Part shown: positions 34,453-41,426 of the stretch, piece after piece
Numbering within the stretch: the first letter of the stretch is position 1
Layout of the letters: each line of letters starts with the position of its first letter
Origin: Gemmatimonadota bacterium
GTDB taxonomy: Bacteria > Gemmatimonadota > Gemmatimonadetes > Gemmatimonadales > GWC2-71-9
Assembly: GCA_003222155.1 (NCBI GenBank)
Contig: QHUU01000063.1
Coordinates: 4,794 to 68,793 of the forward strand
DNA length: 64,000 bases
Reading direction: 5' to 3'
Notes under the pieces: generated by a model
The model's input: the letters and a program-made list of their open reading frames with translations, nothing else
The model's database searches: none
Told to the model about the DNA's origin: nothing
Translations under genes and position numbers: made by a program

Positions 34453-35961
34453 CTGCAGGACACGACGAAAGGGAAGGCAGTTTATGTGAAGTGGTGCGCC
34501 GGTTGCCATGGCGATGGCGGCGCGGGCGACGGCCCCTCCGCCGCGCACATGCTTCCCCGGCCCCGCAACTTCACCGGCGCGATCTATAAGATCCGCAGTA
34601 CGGCCTCGGGTCAGCTGCCGACCGACGCCGACCTGATGCGGGCGATCGACGAAGGGCTGCCCGGGAGCGCGATGCCGGCGTGGAAGGGGCGCCTGTCGGA
34701 CGGCGAGCGGCGCGACGTGGCCGGGTACATCAAGACGTTCTCCGCGTTCTTCGCGGACACGAGCCAGCACGCGGCGGCGCTCAAGTTCTCGGGCGAGCCG
34801 GGCGGTGGCACCGGCGCGGCGGCGCTCAAGACCGGGCGCCAGTTCTACGATTCCATCGGGTGCCGCAAGTGTCACGGCGACCAGGGGCGGGGAGACGGGC
34901 CGTCCGCGCCCACGCTCAAGGACGACGCCGGGTTTCCCATCTTCGCGGCGGACCTGCATCAGAGCTGGCGGTTTCGCGGGGGGGGCAGTGCGGCGGACAT
35001 CTACCACCGGCTGCGCACCGGGCTCGACGGGACACCGATGCCCTCGTTCTCGGACCTGATCGACCAGAAGTTCCTGACCGACGAGCAGCTGTGGCGGCTG
35101 GCCCAGTACGTACGCTCGCTCTCGCCGCCCGACCCGCCCGAGGTGCGCGACGTCATCCATGCGCCGCAGATCGCCGGCCCCGCGCCGGTCTCGCCCGACG
35201 ACTCGGCGTGGGCGCGCGCCGACCGCTACTGGTTCCCGCTCGTCGGGCAGGTGGTGCGCAAGGCGCGCTGGTTCGCGCCCGCGGTGACGGGTGTGTGGGT
35301 GCAGGCGCTGCACGACGGCCACACCCTCGCGCTGCGGTTGAGCTGGGACGATCGCACCCAGAGCCCTGACAGCGCGTGGCTCGGGTTCGAGCAGCGCGTG
35401 CTCGAGACCGTCGCCGGCGACGACTCGGGCCCCCCCAAGGCGGAGCCGTGGCCCGACCAGCTGGCGGTGCAGTTCCCCCGCCGTCTCCCGGAGGGTTCGG
35501 GGGGCATGGAGCGCCCCTACTTCTTGATGGGAAGCGAGACCGACCCGGTGTACCAGTGGCGCTGGACCAGCCGGCCGCGCAAGAGCGTCGCGGGCCTGGC
35601 CCGGGGCATCGAGCGGTTCGACACGCTCCCCGGGGCGTTGGCGGGGCAGGCGAGCTTCGATCACGGCGAGTGGCGGCTGGTGTTCACGCGCGCCCTTGCC
35701 ACGCCGGATACCGCCAACGAAGTTCAGCTTGAGGCCGGCCGGGCGATTCCGGTGGCCTTCTTCGGCTGGGACGGCTCCAGCGGGGAACACGGCTCGCGCA
35801 TGGCGGTGAGCACCTGGTACTTCCTGGCGCTCGATCGGCCCACGCCGCCGGGCGTGTTCATTTCTCCGGTGCTGGCCATGCTCGTGACGCTGGGACTGGG
35901 GCTCGTGGTCGTCCGGCGGGCCCGGCGGCGCGGTACGGCGCGTGCAGGGAGACAGCGATAG
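34384..35961 (+). CDS. Dihaem cytochrome c fused to an EB_dh/DOMON-like (ethylbenzene-dehydrogenase gamma-type) haem-binding domain, C-terminal TM anchor
   Basis: CAGCH and CRKCH motifs. Then WVQALHDGHTLALRLSWDD...DQLAVQFP...YFLMG...YQWRW...GEWRLVFTRAL...VAFFGWDGSSGEHGSRMAVSTW, as in EB_dh-family domains. Terminal TM segment ISPVLAMLVTLGLGLVVV. Confidence 0.8.
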   Translation: MIDGLLVLALLAPLVPRPPSLVPLQDTTKGKAVYVKWCAGCHGDGGAGDGPSAAHMLPRPRNFTGAIYKIRSTASGQLPTDADLMRAIDEGLPGSAMPAWKGRLSDGERRDVAGYIKTFSAFFADTSQHAAALKFSGEPGGGTGAAALKTGRQFYDSIGCRKCHGDQGRGDGPSAPTLKDDAGFPIFAADLHQSWRFRGGGSAADIYHRLRTGLDGTPMPSFSDLIDQKFLTDEQLWRLAQYVRSLSPPDPPEVRDVIHAPQIAGPAPVSPDDSAWARADRYWFPLVGQVVRKARWFAPAVTGVWVQALHDGHTLALRLSWDDRTQSPDSAWLGFEQRVLETVAGDDSGPPKAEPWPDQLAVQFPRRLPEGSGGMERPYFLMGSETDPVYQWRWTSRPRKSVAGLARGIERFDTLPGALAGQASFDHGEWRLVFTRALATPDTANEVQLEAGRAIPVAFFGWDGSSGEHGSRMAVSTWYFLALDRPTPPGVFISPVLAMLVTLGLGLVVVRRARRRGTARAGRQR

Positions 35962-35989
35962 CATGCGGGCCTTTCATCGAGGAGGCAGG

Positions 35990-36727
35990 ATGGGGAAGCT
36001 CGGAGCTGTGGCGGCGACGGGAGTGGCGGTGCTGGTGCTGGCGCTCGGGGGGTGGATGCGCGCGCCCCTCCCCGCCGCACAGGGGGGCGGGACCATCAGC
36101 GGCAAGGTGAAGTTCACCGGCGCGAAGCCCGCCATGCCGAAGATCGACATGAGCGAGGAGCCGAAGTGCAAGGCGAAGTACACGGCCGCGCCGCCCACAG
36201 ACGAGGCCGTGGTGGTGAACGCGAACGGCACCCTCGCCAACGTGTTCGTCTACGTGAAGTCGGGCCTCCCGGCGAGCTACAAGGCGCCCGCGCCCGCCGG
36301 GCCGGTGACGCTCGACCAGGACGGCTGCCGCTACCATCCGCACGTGTTCGGCATCCTGGTCGGCCAGAACCTCGCCATCAAGAACTCCGACGGCATCCTG
36401 CACAACATCAAGGCGAAGGGGACGAAGAATCGTCCGTTCAACATCAGCCAACCGACGACCATGACGTCGGAGCGGACCTTCACGGCTCCCGAGGTGATGG
36501 TGCCGCTCGAGTGCAACGTGCACGGCTGGATGCACGCGTGGCTGGGCGTGTTGCCGCACCCGTTCTTCGCGGTCTCGGGCACGGACGGCAGCTTCACGAT
36601 CAAGGGGCTCCCGCCCGGGACCTATACGATCGAGGCCTGGCAGGAGAAGTACGGCGCGCAGACCGCGACCGTGACGGTGGCGGGGAGTGAGACGAAGACG
36701 GCGGATTTCGGTTTCGCCGCCAAGTGA
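35990..36727 (+). CDS. Cupredoxin (type-1 copper site) with carboxypeptidase-regulatory-like C-terminal domain
   Basis: GGAGG RBS and a signal anchor. Copper ligand pattern ILHNIKA ... CNVHGWMHAW (H...C-x2-H-x2-M). Then FTIKGLPPGTYTIEAW. Confidence 0.75.
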   Translation: MGKLGAVAATGVAVLVLALGGWMRAPLPAAQGGGTISGKVKFTGAKPAMPKIDMSEEPKCKAKYTAAPPTDEAVVVNANGTLANVFVYVKSGLPASYKAPAPAGPVTLDQDGCRYHPHVFGILVGQNLAIKNSDGILHNIKAKGTKNRPFNISQPTTMTSERTFTAPEVMVPLECNVHGWMHAWLGVLPHPFFAVSGTDGSFTIKGLPPGTYTIEAWQEKYGAQTATVTVAGSETKTADFGFAAK

Positions 36728-36746
36728 ACTAACCGAGGAGCGCCCG

Positions 36747-37418
36747 ATGCATTGGTGGCTGCCGCTCAAGGGTTCGACGTTCGCGGGGGAGGTGGACGGC
36801 CTGTTCCTGGCGATCACGATCATCACCGGGATCGCGTTCGTGCTGGTCGAGGTGGGGCTGATCTGGTTCGTCGTGAAATACCGGCAGCGGCCGGGCCGGA
36901 AGGCCTTCTATACGCACGGGAGCACCCGCGCGGAAGTGATCTGGACCGCGATCCCCGCGGTGACCATGGTGGCGCTGGGCCTCATCAGCAACCACTACTG
37001 GGTCCGGATCAAGGGGCGCAACAGCGTGCCCCCGAACGCCTACCCGATCGCGATCCACGCCAAGCAGTTCGAGTGGCAGGTCACCTATCCGGGGCCGGAC
37101 GGGAAGCTGGGGACGAGCGACGACTTCACCGTCCGCAACCAGCTGCACGTGCCCGTCGGACGGCCCATCGTCGTCCGCCTCACCTCGGAAGACGTGATCC
37201 ACTCGTTCTTCGTTCCCGTGTTCCGGGTGAAGCAGGACGCGGTTCCGGGGATGGACATCAATGCCTGGTTCCAGGCGACGGTGCCGGGCACCTATGAGCT
37301 GGGCTGCGCCGAGCTGTGCGGGTTGGGGCACTACCGCATGCGGGCGCAGGTGTTCGTGCAAAGCCAGGAAGACTACGACGCCTGGACGAAGCAGGCTGCT
37401 CAGGAGGCCTCGTCATGA
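36747..37418 (+). CDS. coxB: Cytochrome c oxidase subunit II (CuA)
   Basis: Two N-terminal TM segments. VIHSFFVP and the CuA site CAELCGLGHYRM. Confidence 0.9.
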   Translation: MHWWLPLKGSTFAGEVDGLFLAITIITGIAFVLVEVGLIWFVVKYRQRPGRKAFYTHGSTRAEVIWTAIPAVTMVALGLISNHYWVRIKGRNSVPPNAYPIAIHAKQFEWQVTYPGPDGKLGTSDDFTVRNQLHVPVGRPIVVRLTSEDVIHSFFVPVFRVKQDAVPGMDINAWFQATVPGTYELGCAELCGLGHYRMRAQVFVQSQEDYDAWTKQAAQEASS

Positions 37419-39181
37419 CCACCGTGGCCGCGACCGCACATCCCGCCCCCGCGCATCACGACGACCGGAGCTTCATCCGGAAGTACGTGTTTTCGACCGA
37501 TCACAAGATCATCGGCATCCAGTTCCTGTTCGTGAGCCTGTTCTTCCTGCTCGTGGGCGGGCTGTTGGCGATGCAGATGCGCTGGCAGCTCGGCTTCCCG
37601 GGCAAGCCGATGCCGGGCGGCGGCGTCCTCCCCGAGACCATGGCGCCGGGCGGCGTGATCCTGCCGGAGTATTACATCCAGCTGGTGACGATGCACGGCA
37701 CGTTCATGGTGTTCTTCGCCATCATGCCGCTGCTCGTGGGCGTGTACGCGAACTTCCTGATCCCGCTGAAGATCGGGACGCACGACATGGCGTTCCCGCG
37801 CATCAACATGTGGTCGTTCTGGTCGTTCTTCGCGGCGGGCCTGGTGATGCTGGCGAGCCTGTTCGTGCCGGACGGCGCCGCGCGCGCCGGGTGGACGATG
37901 TACGCGCCACTGTCGGCGCGGCACGACCTCTCCGGCGCGTCCTTCGGGCAGGAGATGTGGTCGGTCTCGATCATTCTGGTCGGACTGTCGTCCATTCTGG
38001 GCTCCCTGAACTACATCACCACGATCATCAACAACCGCGCACCCGGCATGACGTGGTTCCGCCTGCCGCTGTCGGTGTGGTCGCTGTTCATCACCGCTAT
38101 CCTCGGCCTGCTCGCCCTGCCCGTGCTTTCCGGCGCGGCGATCATGCTCCTGTTCGACCAGATCATCGGGACGCATTTCTTCGATCCCGCAGCGGGCGGT
38201 CAGGCGCTCCTGTGGCAGCACCTGTTCTGGTTCTTCGGCCACCCCGAGGTCTACATCCTGATCCTGCCCGCGATGGGCATGGTGTCGGACATCATCGCGA
38301 ACGGCAGCCGCAAGCCGATCTTCGGCTATCACTCGATGGTGTTCGCGATCGTCGCGATCGCGTTCCTGGGGTGGATCGTGTGGGGCCACCACATGTTCAT
38401 GAGCGGGATGAACCCGACGCTCGGGTCGTCCTTCATGGTGTCGACGCTCGTGATCGCCGTTCCCTCGGCCGTGAAGACGTTCAACTGGATGGGGACGATG
38501 TGGCGCGGCAACCTGCGGTTCACCGTGCCGATGCTCAACGCGGTCGCGTTCGTCGCAATGTTCGTGATCGGAGGGCTGTCCGGCATCTTCATGGCGGCGA
38601 CGCCGGTGGACATGTTCATCCACGACACGTACTTCATCGTGGCCCACCTGCACTACGTCTTGTTCGGCGGCAGCCTGTTCGCGCTGTTCGCCGCGATCCC
38701 GTACTGGTATCCCAAGATGTTCGGCCGGCTGATGCACGAGGGCTGGGGCAAGGTGCACTTCTGGCTCACGTTCATTTTCTACAACTTGGTCTTCTTCCCG
38801 ATGCACATCCTCGGCATGGCGGGGCACATGCGGCGGATCTACGATCCGACGCAGTATGCGTTCCTCCAGCCCTACCAGCCGATGAACGAGTTCATTTCGA
38901 TCAGCGCGTTCCTGCTGTTCGCGACGCAGATCATTTTCTTCGTGAATTTCTGGTGGAGCCTGAAGCGGGGCAAGCCGTCCGGGCTCAATCCCTGGCAGGA
39001 CAACGGCCTGGAGTGGACGCTGCCGAGTCCCGCGCCGCACGGCAACTGGGAGCGGGTGCCGACGGTGTACCGCGGCCCGTACGAGTTCAGCTCACCGCAG
39101 GTGCCCGAGGACTACCTGCCGCAGACCCGCAGGCTGCCGAGCGACCGTGAGCCGGCCGCAGCGTCGGCCGCACGCCACTGA
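37415..39181 (+). CDS. coxA: Cytochrome c oxidase subunit I (A-family haem-copper oxidase)
   Basis: ATGA overlap with coxB. TDHKIIGIQFLF, WFFGHPEVYILILPAMG and HHMF motifs. Confidence 0.95.
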   Translation: MTTVAATAHPAPAHHDDRSFIRKYVFSTDHKIIGIQFLFVSLFFLLVGGLLAMQMRWQLGFPGKPMPGGGVLPETMAPGGVILPEYYIQLVTMHGTFMVFFAIMPLLVGVYANFLIPLKIGTHDMAFPRINMWSFWSFFAAGLVMLASLFVPDGAARAGWTMYAPLSARHDLSGASFGQEMWSVSIILVGLSSILGSLNYITTIINNRAPGMTWFRLPLSVWSLFITAILGLLALPVLSGAAIMLLFDQIIGTHFFDPAAGGQALLWQHLFWFFGHPEVYILILPAMGMVSDIIANGSRKPIFGYHSMVFAIVAIAFLGWIVWGHHMFMSGMNPTLGSSFMVSTLVIAVPSAVKTFNWMGTMWRGNLRFTVPMLNAVAFVAMFVIGGLSGIFMAATPVDMFIHDTYFIVAHLHYVLFGGSLFALFAAIPYWYPKMFGRLMHEGWGKVHFWLTFIFYNLVFFPMHILGMAGHMRRIYDPTQYAFLQPYQPMNEFISISAFLLFATQIIFFVNFWWSLKRGKPSGLNPWQDNGLEWTLPSPAPHGNWERVPTVYRGPYEFSSPQVPEDYLPQTRRLPSDREPAAASAARH

Positions 39182-39198
39182 CCGAGGGGAGAGGGACG

Positions 39199-39876
39199 AT
39201 GACGCACGCAGCCGCCACCGTCGACCAGATGCGGCCCCCGTACCCGGCCGAGCGGGGGCTCGACGTCTACAACACGAAGCTCGGGATGTGGGTGTTCCTC
39301 GCGTCGGAGGTGATGTTCTTCGCCGCGTTGATCGGGACCTACATCATCCTGCGGTTCGGCGCCCCGGGCGAATGGGCCAAGCCGGGGATCGTCTTGAACA
39401 TCAAGATCACCGCCTTCAACACGTTTCTGCTGATCTGCTCGAGCGTGTCGATGGTCAAGGCGTACGCGGCCATCCAGGACGGCGACCCGAAGAAAATGCG
39501 CTTCTGGCTGTTGCTGACGATCCTGGGCGGCGCGACCTTCGTGGGGATTCAGGTCTACGAGTACATTCACCTGATCGAGCACGGCTTCGTGCCGAGCGGC
39601 GTGCGCGAGGGCAGCGAGCTGGCGGAGCTGGTCGCGAAGGGACAGTTGCCCGCCGCGACGATGGGCCTGTACGGGTCCACGTTCTTCACCATGACCGGGT
39701 TCCACGGCTTTCACGTCACGTGCGGCGTGATTTCGATGACCTACCTGTACCTGACGAAAGCGCTGCCCGGCAAGTACACGAAGCAGAGCTACGGGGGGAT
39801 CGAGACGGTCGGCCTGTACTGGCACTTCGTCGACCTGGTATGGATCATCCTGTTCACGATCGTCTACCTCATTTGA
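39199..39876 (+). CDS. coxC: Cytochrome c oxidase subunit III
   Basis: KLGMWVFLASEVMFFAALI, FFTMTGFHGFHVTCG and WHFVDLVWI motifs. Confidence 0.9.
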   Translation: MTHAAATVDQMRPPYPAERGLDVYNTKLGMWVFLASEVMFFAALIGTYIILRFGAPGEWAKPGIVLNIKITAFNTFLLICSSVSMVKAYAAIQDGDPKKMRFWLLLTILGGATFVGIQVYEYIHLIEHGFVPSGVREGSELAELVAKGQLPAATMGLYGSTFFTMTGFHGFHVTCGVISMTYLYLTKALPGKYTKQSYGGIETVGLYWHFVDLVWIILFTIVYLI

Positions 39877-39889
39877 GGGCGGGGGGGCC

Positions 39890-40165
39890 ATGGAGACCGC
39901 GCACAAGCGTCCCAACTACATCCTGATCTGGGTGTACCTGGCGGTCCTCACGGCCGCCGAGCTGGCGCTCGCGTTCAAGCTGCCGATCTCACCCAACATC
40001 AAGCTCTTGCTGTTGTTGTTCCTGGCGATCTGGAAGGCGGCGCTGGTCGGGCTGTTCTTCATGCATCTGAAATTCGAGCGCTGGAACCTGCGGATCATGG
40101 CGATCATCCCCTTGCCGCTGGCCGTGATCTTCATCCTGGCCGGCATGTCGGAGCACATCTGGTAG
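39890..40165 (+). CDS. Cytochrome c oxidase subunit IV (bacterial COX4_pro type)
   Basis: 91 aa with three TM segments. LAIWKAALVGLFFMHLKFE motif. Confidence 0.8.
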   Translation: METAHKRPNYILIWVYLAVLTAAELALAFKLPISPNIKLLLLLFLAIWKAALVGLFFMHLKFERWNLRIMAIIPLPLAVIFILAGMSEHIW

Positions 40166-40203
40166 CGTTTCTCGAGCTGACGAAGCCGCGCATCACGCAG
40201 CTG

Positions 40204-41010
40204 GTGGTGCTCACGGCCGCGGCGGGGTTCTACCTCGGCTCGAGCGCGGGGGTCGACGTGCGGCTGCTGGCGCACACCCTGGTCGGCGTGGCCCTCGTGG
40301 CCGCGGGGACCAACGCGTTCAATCAGTGGCGCGAGCGCGACGTCGACGCGCGCATGCGGCGCACGCAGGGCCGGCCGCTGCCGTCGGGGCGCGTGACCCC
40401 GCGCGCCGCCGCCGCGTTCGCCGCGGGCATCTCGGTGGCGGGCGTGGGCTATCTCGCCCTCAGCGTGAACCTCCTCACCGCCGGGCTCGCGGCACTCACG
40501 CTCGCGAGCTACGTGCTGCTCTACACCCCGCTCAAGCGCACCACGACTCTCAATACGCTAATTGGCGCGGTGCCGGGCGCCCTGCCGATCGTGGGCGGAT
40601 GGACCGCGGCGGGCGGGGCCCTGGGGCCGGCCGTGGCGGCGCTGTTCTGGATCCTGTTCCTGTGGCAGCTCCCCCATTTCCTCGCGCTCGCCTGGATCTA
40701 CCGGGAGGACTACCGGCGCGGTGGCCTCGCGATGCTGTCGGTCTCGGACGTCGACGGTCGGCACACCGGTCGCATGGTCCTGCTGTACGCGACGGCGCTC
40801 GTCCCCGTGAGCCTCTTGCCCACGCTGCTCGGCGTCACCGGCGGGTTGTATTTCTTCGGGGCGCTGGCGCTGGGGCTCGCGTATGCGGGGGCGTCGGTCG
40901 CGATGACGCGAGCGGCGACCACGGCGCGCGCGTGGCGGCTGTTTGTCGTGTCGATCGCCTACCTCCCGGCGCTGCTCACGCTCATGGTGGTGGACAAGGT
41001 CGCCGCCTAG
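40204..41010 (+). CDS. ctaB: Protohaem IX farnesyltransferase (haem O synthase); annotated start probably too short
   Basis: UbiA-family motifs NQWRERDVDARMRRTQGRPLPSGR and YREDYRRGG. The conserved N-terminal LELTKPRITQL is encoded in frame upstream (40171-40203) with no ATG/GTG/TTG before it. Confidence 0.85.
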   Translation: MVLTAAAGFYLGSSAGVDVRLLAHTLVGVALVAAGTNAFNQWRERDVDARMRRTQGRPLPSGRVTPRAAAAFAAGISVAGVGYLALSVNLLTAGLAALTLASYVLLYTPLKRTTTLNTLIGAVPGALPIVGGWTAAGGALGPAVAALFWILFLWQLPHFLALAWIYREDYRRGGLAMLSVSDVDGRHTGRMVLLYATALVPVSLLPTLLGVTGGLYFFGALALGLAYAGASVAMTRAATTARAWRLFVVSIAYLPALLTLMVVDKVAA

Positions 41011-41018
41011 GCACGGCC

Positions 41019-41207
41019 ATGATTCCCTTCCATCGCCTGCTCATCTCCACCGCGGTCGTGTTCTGCGCGGGCTTCGCGCTGTGGGCGGGCTGGAGCTATC
41101 GCGAATCGGGCGACGGCGTGACGCTCGTGATGGCCATCGCGTCCGCCGCCGCGGCCGCGGCGCTCAGCTACTACCTGCGCCACCTGAAACGCTTCCTCGG
41201 CCGATGA
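41019..41207 (+). CDS. Small two-TM membrane protein (hypothetical)
   Basis: 62 aa, MIPFHRLLISTAVVFCAGFALWAGW...AIASAAAAAALSYYL. Located 8 nt after ctaB. Confidence 0.45.
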   Translation: MIPFHRLLISTAVVFCAGFALWAGWSYRESGDGVTLVMAIASAAAAAALSYYLRHLKRFLGR

Positions 41208-41404
41208 CGCTCGCCGCAGTGCTCCTGCTGCTGCACGGGGGGGACGACCCGCACATGGAGCTGCTCTACTTCTGGGCGGCCGTGATCCTGGCCCTCACGC
41301 CGGTGCTGATATTCGGTGGGCTCGGCGTGTGGATCGTGCGGAAGATGTGGCAGGAGCAACGCGGAGCGCGGAACGCGGAACGCGGAACAGAGGGACAGGC
41401 CTGA
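41204..41404 (+). CDS. Small one-TM membrane protein (hypothetical) with repeat-encoded tail
   Basis: ATGA overlap with the upstream gene. MELLYFWAAVILALTPVLIFGGLGVWIV. The tail QRGARNAERGTEGQA is encoded by the GCGGAAC array. Confidence 0.4.
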   Translation: MTLAAVLLLLHGGDDPHMELLYFWAAVILALTPVLIFGGLGVWIVRKMWQEQRGARNAERGTEGQA

Positions 41405-41415
41405 GGTTCCGCGTT
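41361..41415 (+). repeat. (GCGGAGC)(GCGGAAC)x3 heptamer array plus inverted GTTCCGCGTT (terminator-like hairpin)
   Basis: Four tandem heptamers at 41361-41388. The inverted unit at 41406-41415 is complementary to AACGCGGAAC. The TGA stop at 41402-41404 lies in the loop, and TTAGATTCGTT follows. Confidence 0.7.
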
Positions 41416-41426
41416 AGATTCGTTGC

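Noticed and set aside
34273-39040. Long minus-strand ORFs 34273-35964, 35858-36826 and 37400-39040
   Set aside because: They are antisense to the cytochrome c/EB_dh, cupredoxin and coxA genes, and are GC-driven open frames.
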